This document shows, one piece after another, positions 10,566 to 20,042 of a stretch of DNA of 64,000 nt. A program made the position numbers and the translations under genes. Location of the stretch: the IMG/VR virus record IMGVR_UViG_3300036770_007174, positions 28,336-92,335 of that record; one strand, 5' to 3'. Position 1 is the stretch's first letter, and each line of letters opens with the position of its first letter. This DNA is from a virus. The notes beneath the pieces were generated by a model, which did not search any database, was not told the origin of the DNA, and saw only the letters and a program-made list of their open reading frames with translations.

Positions 10566-12557
10566 ATGATCCACATTATCGGTGTCCGTGAAGGGCAGGA
10601 ATATGAGGCCGCCGTCCACCTTCGGAGGCTTCTCTTAAATCTCTGGCCGGATTTGGCGCAAAGCAAAGATGATGTTGTCAAGATATTTGTTGGCTTTAAG
10701 ATGTACGGTTACAAAGTCGAGGATCTCGACCTTGTTGTCATTGGCAGATTTTCTGCTCCCCGACCATTTGACATCGAGTTTCAGTTCTACCCGAGAGATG
10801 GCGATCCGTTTGTGCCAAGGAGCGCCAGCATAGCGAATTTTGCGCTCGTCATTGAGGTTAAGTCGCATGACGCGAGCGGCGTCCGCTTTGAAAACAAAGT
10901 CGCATCAGTGCGCTACATCCGGAATGGACGCGCAGTCTGGGAGTGCGTGACTGAAAAAAATCGCATGCAGATGTTCGAATTTAAGAAGTACCTTGGACGG
11001 CAGGGACTTGGAAAAGTTCATGTTCAGGATTTGGTCCTTTTCACGGGGCTGCGTGAGAGCGACCTCCCGAAGCGTCCGCACAATTGCGTAGCAGGGGACG
11101 CGAGCTTTGAGCGCGTTCTAAACGTGCTCGGGCAAATCTCGCGGCCAATCCGGCATGGTACTCAGGTAAACCTGATTTTCGGGTCCGACGACGCCTTTCA
11201 GGATCTGCTATGCTCGGATTTTCCGTTGTTTGATGAAATCGAGCCAACGTCGCTCGACCGGCGAAGGATGGACATGATCGCCCGCCGAGCGCTGCCAGAT
11301 GAGTGGCTCGACGATCTTGGGGAGCGCCAGATTGTCCTGAGAGGCCGCGGAGGCGTCGGGAAGACCGTCCTCCTCCTGCAGATGGCCTACCGCGCGTTCG
11401 AGTCCAGGCAAATGCGTTCATTGGTTTTGACATTCAACAAGGCTTTGGTCGCGGACCTGAGGCGCACCATGGCATTGCTCGGAGTACCACATAGTGCCGA
11501 GAAGGGCGGAATTGCTGTCGAAACCGCACACGCGTTCTTTGGGCGCTTGATGCGAGGTTTAGGTATCATTGAAAATTACGAGGGCTATCTCGAAGGCTAC
11601 ACCGCGCTCAAAGCGACACTTCTCACGTATCTCCAGACGGAAGCGATTAGCCGCGACGACATAAACAGTCTGCTTTCGGGTCAGTCGCTGGATTTCGACT
11701 GGGATCTGGTTCTTGTTGATGAGGGCCAGGATTGGCCGGCCGACGAGATTGAAATCTTGCGCACCATTTACGGCGAATCAAAGATGGTCGTATCGGATGG
11801 TGTTGATCAGTTTGTCCGCGAATCTGTCGCAGACTGGTCGCGGGGGCTGGCTAAGTCAGCCACGAAATCGCGGCGGCTGACACGCTGCATGCGCATGAAG
11901 GCTAACCTAGCGACCTTTGTTGGCGAGATGGCGGAGGAACTCCAACTTTCAGGTTGGGACCTAGAGCCGAACGCTATGGCAGTTGGCGGCAAAGTGGTTG
12001 TGTTCGAAGGCGACCTGGCATCCAGCCCGATGGTCATTCAGCGGCTCACGGCGGAAGCAGTCGCTTTAGGCAACCACCCCGTCGATATGCTTGCGTGCGT
12101 GCCGCCATCGATGGTCGATCCGACGGCGGATGGTCAGGTCTGCAGGCCCGCCGCCTTGTTTGCGGCCGCTGGCGGTTGCGTTTGGGACGGCACGTCGCGA
12201 GATGTGCGCGAGCATTTTCCGACAGAGCGCCAGCAATTGCGCTTTGTCCAATACGACTCCTGTCGTGGGCTGGAAGGATGGGCGACTATCAACTACGCAC
12301 TTGACGAGCTATGGGAATATAAGCGCGGTCAATGGCTTGCTGGTGACTACCGAACTGACGGGCTCGACAAATCTCCAGACGAATTGGCAGAACTTCATGC
12401 TTCGAGATGGCTGATGATCCCGCTGACTCGCGCCATCGATACATTGGTGGTGAACGTTGGCACGAATGAGAGCGCCGTGAAAACGATGCTTCGGAGAGTT
12501 GCGAAGAGGCGGGGTGACTTCATCGAATGGATTACCAGTGGCGAGCACTTGGCGTGA
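10566..12557 (+). CDS. NERD-like PD-(D/E)XK nuclease fused to SF1 (UvrD-like) helicase
   Basis: N-terminal DLDLVV...IEVK nuclease motif, Walker A GRGGVGKT, Walker B VDEGQD, C-terminal SCRGLE and LTRA motifs. Confidence 0.8.
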   Translation: MIHIIGVREGQEYEAAVHLRRLLLNLWPDLAQSKDDVVKIFVGFKMYGYKVEDLDLVVIGRFSAPRPFDIEFQFYPRDGDPFVPRSASIANFALVIEVKSHDASGVRFENKVASVRYIRNGRAVWECVTEKNRMQMFEFKKYLGRQGLGKVHVQDLVLFTGLRESDLPKRPHNCVAGDASFERVLNVLGQISRPIRHGTQVNLIFGSDDAFQDLLCSDFPLFDEIEPTSLDRRRMDMIARRALPDEWLDDLGERQIVLRGRGGVGKTVLLLQMAYRAFESRQMRSLVLTFNKALVADLRRTMALLGVPHSAEKGGIAVETAHAFFGRLMRGLGIIENYEGYLEGYTALKATLLTYLQTEAISRDDINSLLSGQSLDFDWDLVLVDEGQDWPADEIEILRTIYGESKMVVSDGVDQFVRESVADWSRGLAKSATKSRRLTRCMRMKANLATFVGEMAEELQLSGWDLEPNAMAVGGKVVVFEGDLASSPMVIQRLTAEAVALGNHPVDMLACVPPSMVDPTADGQVCRPAALFAAAGGCVWDGTSRDVREHFPTERQQLRFVQYDSCRGLEGWATINYALDELWEYKRGQWLAGDYRTDGLDKSPDELAELHASRWLMIPLTRAIDTLVVNVGTNESAVKTMLRRVAKRRGDFIEWITSGEHLA

Positions 12558-12859
12558 AGGGATCAGGCTAGGGTCACCTCAGCTTATCTATGTCGTCTTG
12601 AAGACTGGTTCAGAATGTCTGCGCGAGGGTCGCGGTGGAGCTTCCGTCCTTGCCACGAGAAGGGCTCGGCTGACGCTGGTGACATCAGCTAACGCGACAG
12701 CGATCACGGGGCGAAAGAGAACCGCGGAAACGTCCCGTGCGGTGTTCTCGACGGTCTCTCGGCTGTACGCGGATCGTTGATGGGACCGGGGTGTCAGGAC
12801 CAAAGCAGAGATCGCTTGGTATGCGATCGGAGCGCATAGCGTCCTTCGCGTAAAGCGGC

Positions 12860-13090
12860 AACCCAGAGAATGTTGGTCCCCGGCTTCGACCGCCGCTCCA
12901 ATGACCACCACCCCACCTTTCTCTCCAGGCGGATGGGCCACGTAGAACCCCAAGAAATTTGGGGGTTTTTCGCGTGGGGTTGGGGGTGGCTTGGGCGCCA
13001 GAACCCCGCTTTCGCTCTCCGGAGGGGCATTTCTCTCCGAAGCTTGGGGGTAGGCGGATTTACACCCAAGGTTTCAACACGCTGAAATCA
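12860..13090. repeat. Cluster of short direct repeats and palindromes, candidate mobile-element end/att region
   Basis: TTTCTCTCC at 12918 and 13030, TTTCGCTCTCC at 13010; imperfect inverted repeat AACCCCAA..TTGGGGGTT at ~12946-12967; TTTCA-N6-TGAAA at 13072-13087. Confidence 0.4.
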
Positions 13091-13228
13091 GGACATTTTT
13101 TTCAAGGAGCACCTTGGGAGTTGCGTGTGTCGACTGGCCGGGTGGATGCGCTGCAAGACGAATGATTCAGTCCCAAGCGGCATAGCCTTCTTCTGGGTCA
13201 CGTCCCCGCTAATCGTGTAGAATATGCC

Positions 13229-15526
13229 ATGTCGAATCGATTCGCAGCGGCCGCGCGACCCATGCTCGCGCTAAACGCGATCCGCCTCAGTCATCCGGAA
13301 ACGCCGCTTCCTGCGGCGTTGGTTCCGTTCGAGCGGACGCAGTTCCATGCCTATCTGGACCGGCCTGCCCAGGACGTGTTCGCAACTCGGCACGGCGAGA
13401 CGGACATGGCGATAGTACCTCTCAAGGGCGCAGCGGAACTACCGGGCCCATTGAGTAAGTTGCCTGTTGCCGAAAACATAAGGCTATTCGCAACTCTAGC
13501 CCGCGAATCCGTATTCCGGCATCTTCTGACTTTGCCTAGCAGCTACCGTGTAGTCAGCCGCCGACCACCGATTGTTGAGTCCGCAAAGCAGGATAACGTC
13601 ATTCCGCCATCAATTGGGCTGCCTGCCTGGCTCAAGAAGCGCACGGCTTTGGTCTTCGAGACACGGATAGTTAAGCATCCCAGCGAAGCGCCCTATGTCG
13701 TATTGACTTGCAGCAACCGGCTTCGAAACGTGATCGAAGCAGATTGCGGTCAGTTGCACAGCATCGGCGTCCCTCTGGTAGGAAACTACGTCTCTGCCTG
13801 GACCGACGATCCTGATCCGAAAGTGGCCAAACGTCTCCGTCTTGCTGGGCGAGTGATCGCCAACGATGGCGCTGTTCTAAAACTTGCGGATTTTGGTAGT
13901 GGCCCTGAAGAACTGGCCATCAATTCGGCCTTCCTTGAACCGACTCGCGCCAATTTCAATGCGGTCGTGCTAGCATTAATGCAGGGCCGGGCAGAGCGAG
14001 TGCTTAAGGAAGTTCAGGAGGCCGAAGGCGGGCTCCGGGCAGGTAAGGCGAGTCTCGACGCTATTCAGTCCGCGTTACGATATTTTGGCCGGGCCGGCCT
14101 CCATATCGCACATGAGGTGCCACTGCGGTTCGAGAGCTTACTCGACCAGAGCGACCGGGCCGTGTTTCCGCCTATTGAAATGTTCCCGAGGCCGACTTTT
14201 GCATTTGATCCGAGCGGTTCTCGCAACGACAATTGGCCGCAGAGGCAACTCGATGCGACCGGGCCATACGATAGAGCAACCTTCGAGCGGAAGCGACCCA
14301 GGATAGCCGTCATCTGCGAGTCGCGCCGGCGCGGCAATGTATCGGAGACAATCGCTCACTTCCTTGAAGGTCTCCCCGACGTCAAATCGCACAAGGGGCT
14401 CGTTCCTCATGGGACAGGGCTACTTGGTCGTTTCAGACTCCAGAAGCCTCAAGTTGAGTTCTTCGAGGCCAACGACGACACCGCCTCTGCCTATGCTGAA
14501 GCAGCGCGAAACGCTCTGTCGGTGGCAGCCAATCGAAATCAACCTTGGGATCTCGCAATAATACAAGTGCAAAGAGCTTGGAAGGACAGGCTCCCAAACA
14601 ATAGTCCCTACTGGTCAGCGAAGGCCACTTTCCTGCGGCGGGACGTGCCCGTACAAGCTATGTCATCCGAAATGCTTCAATTAAGCGATTTTGAATATGC
14701 ATGCGCGCTGGCAAACGCCAGTTTAGCCACTTACGCGAAACTTGGCGGCACTCCTTGGCTGTTGAAGGCCCGGCCCTCGACGGATCACGAGCTGATATTT
14801 GGCCTTGGGTCTCATACTCGCAAGGAAGGCAGGCGGGGTGCCGGGGAACGGATCGTGGGGATCACCACGGTGTTCTCCAGCCAAGGCACCTATCTACTTG
14901 ACGCTCGAACCGCAGCGGTGCCGTTCGAACGCTACCCAGAGGCCTTGCGCGATACGCTGGTCACGGCGGTCGAGCGTGTGCGCAAAGAAGAGGCGTGGCG
15001 CGCTGGCGATACGGTACGCTTGGTGTTCCACGCATTTACCCAGCTCCGCCAAGAAACCGCCGACGCAGTAGTGGCCGCCGTGGCGAGCATGGGCCTTGCT
15101 GGCGTGAAGTTTGCTTTTCTCCATGTGGTCGAAGACCATCCATTCACGGCTTTCGATCATTCCTCGCCGACCGGGAGAGGTGCCTATGGTCCCGAGCGAG
15201 GTCAGGCAATTGAGCTGAACGAACATGAATGGCTACTCGCCCTCACAGGCCGGGATCAGATCAAGGCAGCATTCCAGGGCATCCCCGATCCCGTGCTGCT
15301 ACGCTTGCACGAAAAATCTACATTCCGTGATATGAGAACCTTGACACGACAGGTATCTGACTTCGCCTGTCATTCTTGGCGGACCTACGATCGTGTCCGA
15401 CTTCCTATCACACTTCTCTACGCCGATGAGATTGCAAAGCAATTGGCCGGCCTTGAGCGAACACCAGGGTGGGATCCAGATGCTGCGGTGGTTGGTCCGG
15501 TGATGCGCAGACCTTGGTTCTTGTGA
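13229..15526 (+). CDS. ago: Long-B prokaryotic Argonaute (RsAgo-like), catalytically inactive PIWI
   Basis: MID motif YWSAK...VPVQ...YAKLGGTPW; PIWI segments ELIFGLG, VGITTVF, GDTVRLVFHA, DHPF, STF, SWR, PITLLY, C-terminal WFL, closely matching Rhodobacter sphaeroides Ago as I recall it. Two Asp positions of the DEDX tetrad are replaced. Confidence 0.93.
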   Translation: MSNRFAAAARPMLALNAIRLSHPETPLPAALVPFERTQFHAYLDRPAQDVFATRHGETDMAIVPLKGAAELPGPLSKLPVAENIRLFATLARESVFRHLLTLPSSYRVVSRRPPIVESAKQDNVIPPSIGLPAWLKKRTALVFETRIVKHPSEAPYVVLTCSNRLRNVIEADCGQLHSIGVPLVGNYVSAWTDDPDPKVAKRLRLAGRVIANDGAVLKLADFGSGPEELAINSAFLEPTRANFNAVVLALMQGRAERVLKEVQEAEGGLRAGKASLDAIQSALRYFGRAGLHIAHEVPLRFESLLDQSDRAVFPPIEMFPRPTFAFDPSGSRNDNWPQRQLDATGPYDRATFERKRPRIAVICESRRRGNVSETIAHFLEGLPDVKSHKGLVPHGTGLLGRFRLQKPQVEFFEANDDTASAYAEAARNALSVAANRNQPWDLAIIQVQRAWKDRLPNNSPYWSAKATFLRRDVPVQAMSSEMLQLSDFEYACALANASLATYAKLGGTPWLLKARPSTDHELIFGLGSHTRKEGRRGAGERIVGITTVFSSQGTYLLDARTAAVPFERYPEALRDTLVTAVERVRKEEAWRAGDTVRLVFHAFTQLRQETADAVVAAVASMGLAGVKFAFLHVVEDHPFTAFDHSSPTGRGAYGPERGQAIELNEHEWLLALTGRDQIKAAFQGIPDPVLLRLHEKSTFRDMRTLTRQVSDFACHSWRTYDRVRLPITLLYADEIAKQLAGLERTPGWDPDAAVVGPVMRRPWFL

Positions 15527-16728
15527 CCTGCGGTCCCACCATTCCCCAAATTAGGGCTGGTTTAGTTGCAGCAGCTGAACCGACCTCTTCAACAGCCGTC
15601 CACGTCCAAGCTCTTAGGGCATGGCTCCTAGACGACTATGAGCGATTGGCAAAGCTGTCGGCGGAGGCAGCCACCAATTTTAATGCGGGTGCCGGGCGAT
15701 CTGTCCGGCATGTCGCGACCCTTGGCTATATGGCCGCGACCGGGCGACAATTTGTCCAGCTTCAACCTGTCCTGGCTGAAGGCCTCGCATGGTTGGGAGA
15801 GCGCACATGGTTTCGGCCAAATCAAGCGCATACCTTGGAAGCAGACGGTGTTGCTGCACTCGGTGTGGCACTCGGTATCCGCGACCGCCACTCGAGCTCC
15901 CGAGCAGACTGGCTGCAGAGTCTTGTTGTAAGGAGCGCTAGGTCGCCCGACCTTTCAGTTCTTGACCGAGCACTATTTATCGCTGCGGCGCACGTGATTG
16001 GTGCGGATGGGCGCCAAGACAGCGCTATGATGCTCCCAGAGGCTCGGTTGGCGCTCTCGCGGCTCGATCTCGGTACTATCGATGATACCTGCTACATGGA
16101 GGCTTGGCGCCGGATCCTACACTTCGACGCAGGAGAGCAGATGGTGCCAGAAGCGGTGTTACTGCTTAAGGCATTCGACTCGCTGATGGAGCGGACCTTA
16201 CCGACCCGCTTGGGGCGCCTTGACCCGCGAGACGTACTGCATGTGCTAGAAGGAGTGGGGCGTTCATTTAGACGGTGGAGCTGGGAGACTGTCCCTCGGA
16301 CCCGAAGATCTGCAGCCGCACGTTGGGAGATCGAAAACGAGTACCACGTTCAGAACGTATTGTGGGCGGTGCTGGCACCCCTGTTCCCAGATTTGAACGA
16401 CGAAGAAACGTTAGCTCCAATAGGTCAGAAGAGTCCGCGGGTCGATCTCACTATTCCTAGTCTTGGAACTGTTGTGGAGGTGAAGTTCATGCGAATTACG
16501 ACCTCTTTTCAAGATGTAATTGAGGAGATCGCTGCTGACGCAAGTCTCTACGCGACAGACCCCCGTTGGACGTCGATTATTCCATTCGTGTGGGATGACT
16601 CAAGGCGTATGGAGGAGCACCAGAAGCTAGTTGCGGGGCTCAAGCAGCTTCCGGGCGTCATCGGTGCTGTCGTTGTCTCACGCCCAGGAAAGATGGGCCG
16701 ACCAAATGAAGATTCGTCAAGAGATTGA
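15523..16728 (+). CDS. Argonaute-associated PD-(D/E)XK nuclease (C-terminal DpnII/MboI-like REase domain)
   Basis: GTG at 15523 overlaps the Ago stop (GTGA). C-terminal ENEYHVQ...DEE...RVD...VVEVK...EEIAAD..LY motif set; N-terminal ~240 aa of unknown, helical-looking sequence. Confidence 0.8.
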   Translation: MTCGPTIPQIRAGLVAAAEPTSSTAVHVQALRAWLLDDYERLAKLSAEAATNFNAGAGRSVRHVATLGYMAATGRQFVQLQPVLAEGLAWLGERTWFRPNQAHTLEADGVAALGVALGIRDRHSSSRADWLQSLVVRSARSPDLSVLDRALFIAAAHVIGADGRQDSAMMLPEARLALSRLDLGTIDDTCYMEAWRRILHFDAGEQMVPEAVLLLKAFDSLMERTLPTRLGRLDPRDVLHVLEGVGRSFRRWSWETVPRTRRSAAARWEIENEYHVQNVLWAVLAPLFPDLNDEETLAPIGQKSPRVDLTIPSLGTVVEVKFMRITTSFQDVIEEIAADASLYATDPRWTSIIPFVWDDSRRMEEHQKLVAGLKQLPGVIGAVVVSRPGKMGRPNEDSSRD

Positions 16729-16987
16729 CGACAACGCCGCTCTTTCATGGCGTCGCTTCCCCGGTGATGGCGTAACCCCTCTGCCAGTGGTCGACATGCC
16801 CGCGCCCTTAGCGGGGCGCCGGAGATGGTTATCGGATCAGTCGTTTACGCCCGGTTTCCAGGACACGCACGGGCTCCGCCGCAATCCGCCTGAACTCACT
16901 GATTTCGACCAAGAATGCGGTTTCCCTGAGCGTTGCTTCGCGGACTCTCCCCGCGTAGTGTGCGAAGCAGGTGACGGAGAGATTCGC

Positions 16988-18856
16988 ATGGCGCGGGCGA
17001 GAAGGATCGCGGAGTCGGGTGGTAACGCCGCCCAACTGACGCGGACCGAGCGAGCCGAGGCGCTGATAGCATCTGTCCGGGCGGATGGTATCGACATGGC
17101 CCGTGCCATCGCGCGAGAAGTGGCCGAGGGGTGGTTTGACACCAAGGCCGAGTCCGTTATCGACATAGTCGCATTCGACTTGACTCTTCCTGTCCTTTCT
17201 ACTGCGACCGCTGAACAGGCGCGCGCCCTAGGGCGTGACCTGGCCGATTTGGCGATTGGTGAGGCCATTAGCGAGATCGGACGCATCTACACGCGCTCAC
17301 TGCCTGCCGACCATCGATCTGCGCATGGTGTCTATTACACTCCGCCCACCCTGGTTCAGCGGCTTCTGGACCGCGCCGAGGGCGCTGGTGTGGATTGGCT
17401 TACCGCCAGGGTAATCTCACCATCATGCGGCGCAGGTGCCTTCCTAGTCGAGGACGCTGCCCGGATGGTTGCGGCGATGGACGGGGCCGAACCGGCGATC
17501 GTCGTCGCGTCTGTCGGGGCACGCCTCCGCGGATGGGATATCGACCCCTTCGCTGTGTGGTTGTCTCAGGTCGCCGTCGAGGCTGTGGTGTTGCCGCAGG
17601 TCGTCGCGTCTGGCAAGCGATTGCCTCCCATCACCGAGCGCCGCGATAGCCTCATGGATGACTGGGGCGGGCATGTCGGTGCCTACGACCTGGTCAACGA
17701 CAACCCCGCCTTCGGTAAGGTCACCAAGACGGACGCGATCACCGAACGTTTCGCCCGAAGTCAGAAGGGCCACATTAACCTGTACGGGTTGTTCATAGAC
17801 GTAGCGGTCCACCTGGCTAAACCTAGAGGCGGCGTCATCGCCTATTTGACGCCGACCTCCTATCTCGGTGGCAACTACTTCGCCCAGCTTCGTTCACTGC
17901 TGGTGTCGGAGGCTCGCCCAGCTAGCATTGACCTCGTCGAGAGTCGCCAGGAAGTGTTCCCGGATGTTCTCCAGGAGGTGGCCCTCTCCGTATTCGTGCG
18001 TGGCCGCCGGTCGCTGACGGCCTCATGCGCTGTGGTGCATGTCGAGCCAACCGGCCTCCGGATCCAAGATGTCGGACCGCTGGTCGTACCAAAGGACTTG
18101 CGGGGCCCTTGGATAATTGCCCGAGACCCTACCAGTGTGCCGTTGGTAGCGGCGATGCAGAAAATGGACGCCCGCCTCCTTGACTGGGGTTGGACAGTAA
18201 AGACTGGGCCATTGGTGCCCCACAAGAACGCAGAGCGCATGCAAGACGCTCCTGGACCGGGACGTGTGCCAGTTATCTGGGCCGAAAGCATCTCGGCGAT
18301 CGGGGGGCGCTTCTCCATCGTCTGCGGTCGTCCGGGCCGAAAAGCATGGTATGCCGCAAGGCAGGGGAAAGACAGCAACGTCAGCACTGGCGCCGCCCTC
18401 TTGCTCCAGCGGACGACGGCGAAGGAGCAGCATCGCAGGCTGATCGGCGCCGTCATGTCGCAGGCGGCGGTCGATGCGGTTGGCGGGCGGGTTGCAGTGG
18501 AGAACCACGTCAATATGCTGTTGCCTACGGGGCCGAAGCCGCAGGTGTCGCTGGCCAGGCTTGCCGCATTTTTTGCTTCGGAAGCAGCCGACCGGGCGTT
18601 CCGATGCATCAGCGGATCCGTCGCCGTCAGCGCAACCGAGTTGGAAGCGTTGCCTCTGCCTAAAGTAGGTGATCTTATAAAGGCGCTCGCCGCCCCAGAG
18701 TCGGAGGCAGCTCTGCTCCGCCTTTACGGGATCCAGCATGGCGAAACTTGCGAAGCCACTGACGAAGAAGGCCACGGTCACACCGAAGAAGGCCCTGCTC
18801 CAGGAAGGGCCGCTGCCGCCGCTTCTGCCGGTCGACGAAATCAGGACGCGGCTTGA
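16988..18856 (+). CDS. N6-adenine DNA methyltransferase, gamma class (M.PstI/M.BsuBI/Eco57I-like)
   Basis: GVYYTPP, PSCGAGAFL, GWDIDP, NPAF (motif IV variant), NLYGLF, LLQRTTAKEQ, ENHVN; GGAGA RBS before ATG 16988. Confidence 0.85.
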   Translation: MARARRIAESGGNAAQLTRTERAEALIASVRADGIDMARAIAREVAEGWFDTKAESVIDIVAFDLTLPVLSTATAEQARALGRDLADLAIGEAISEIGRIYTRSLPADHRSAHGVYYTPPTLVQRLLDRAEGAGVDWLTARVISPSCGAGAFLVEDAARMVAAMDGAEPAIVVASVGARLRGWDIDPFAVWLSQVAVEAVVLPQVVASGKRLPPITERRDSLMDDWGGHVGAYDLVNDNPAFGKVTKTDAITERFARSQKGHINLYGLFIDVAVHLAKPRGGVIAYLTPTSYLGGNYFAQLRSLLVSEARPASIDLVESRQEVFPDVLQEVALSVFVRGRRSLTASCAVVHVEPTGLRIQDVGPLVVPKDLRGPWIIARDPTSVPLVAAMQKMDARLLDWGWTVKTGPLVPHKNAERMQDAPGPGRVPVIWAESISAIGGRFSIVCGRPGRKAWYAARQGKDSNVSTGAALLLQRTTAKEQHRRLIGAVMSQAAVDAVGGRVAVENHVNMLLPTGPKPQVSLARLAAFFASEAADRAFRCISGSVAVSATELEALPLPKVGDLIKALAAPESEAALLRLYGIQHGETCEATDEEGHGHTEEGPAPGRAAAAASAGRRNQDAA

Positions 18857-19874
18857 GGCGATCTTTCCTCCCGGCATCCAATCGCGCGAGTTTGTAATCA
18901 GGGAGAACGCGGCCAAGACGGTCCTCGCGTCGCTTGTCGTGGGCGCCATCGAGGGGCGTGGCCGGTGGCTCGCGCCTCGCCATATCTATCGGCTTCGTCA
19001 GTCGGTCGTTGAGGCAACTGATCCAGCGGATAGGCTGGCCTACTATCGCCGGGTGCCGAGGGCGTCAGAGGAGGCGGCCTACGCTGACAATAGTCGCGAG
19101 GGGGCCAGGGACGAGGCCATACGTCGAGGCCTGATACCGCTAAATGCGATGGTGCTAAGGACCGATGTCAGCGTGACATCGATGGAGGGACGCTATGCGC
19201 TGACGGAGGACTTCACGCGCCTGTTCGACCCAGCGTTGAAGGACGCAGCCTTCGATGCTGCCGCAAGAGCATGGCAGGGCAAATACCTGTCGGGCGCCGC
19301 GCTCGCCCGGGCAGCGGTCCTCCAGGGAATTGACGCCGGGGGTGTAGAGATCGCTCTGCCACAGGGTGGTGCCGTGGTGCTTCCTGCCGGTGAAAGCCCC
19401 GTCATGACGAAGCACGTGGTGGAGCAGTTCGCGAAACGTTTCTTGGTCAACCCGGTTGTAGTTTGGATCAGCGACAGCCGCGAGAAGGTATACCAGCACG
19501 ACACACTCGTGAAGGCGATGCAGGTGCAAATGGACGCCGCACGGCTGCTACCCGATGTGGTCCTCGTCGACCTTGCTCCCCCGGGCAGACAAGGACGTCT
19601 CCTTGTCGTCTTTGTGGAGGTTGTCTTTTCAGATGGTCCGGTGGACGAAGGAAGGCGCGAGCAGCTCTGGAAACTCCTGGAGGCAAGCCCGAAGGGCTAC
19701 AAGCCCGAAGATGCGGCTTATGTTACAGTCTACACGGACAGGACCAGTTCCCGCCCCGCCGCCAGGGCACCGCGTGAACTGGCCTGGAATTCATTTGCAT
19801 GGTTCGTTACAGAACCGGACTGCATCGTTCAGTACAGGGGTGGGCCGCCGGTCATGCTGGCATCGTTGCTTTGA
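18738..19874 (+). CDS. BsuBI/PstI-family type II restriction endonuclease
   Basis: YADNSRE..RDE N-terminal motif; LPDVVLVD...FVEVV.SDGPV catalytic region; LAWNSFAWF; overlaps the 3' end of the MTase. Confidence 0.85.
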   Translation: MAKLAKPLTKKATVTPKKALLQEGPLPPLLPVDEIRTRLEAIFPPGIQSREFVIRENAAKTVLASLVVGAIEGRGRWLAPRHIYRLRQSVVEATDPADRLAYYRRVPRASEEAAYADNSREGARDEAIRRGLIPLNAMVLRTDVSVTSMEGRYALTEDFTRLFDPALKDAAFDAAARAWQGKYLSGAALARAAVLQGIDAGGVEIALPQGGAVVLPAGESPVMTKHVVEQFAKRFLVNPVVVWISDSREKVYQHDTLVKAMQVQMDAARLLPDVVLVDLAPPGRQGRLLVVFVEVVFSDGPVDEGRREQLWKLLEASPKGYKPEDAAYVTVYTDRTSSRPAARAPRELAWNSFAWFVTEPDCIVQYRGGPPVMLASLL

Positions 19875-20042
19875 CACGTTTTCGTCGGAGACCCTTACCC
19901 TGGATGACTGCGAGTGCGATGCTATTGACGGTTGGGTGACGACGAAGATCCGCCTCCGGGCGCCCCAGTGCGATGGCTACGGCGGTCAGCATGACGACGG
20001 CGCTGGCGATGACGATGATGGTCGCTTGCAGTTCCCGCAGAA

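Noticed and set aside
12588-13165. Short ORFs in the helicase-Ago spacer
   Set aside because: Mutually overlapping, no RBS or motifs; the region is better explained as non-coding.
16631-16987. N-terminal extension of the MTase given by the ORF track
   Set aside because: It overlaps the nuclease gene and lacks motifs; a good RBS precedes ATG 16988.
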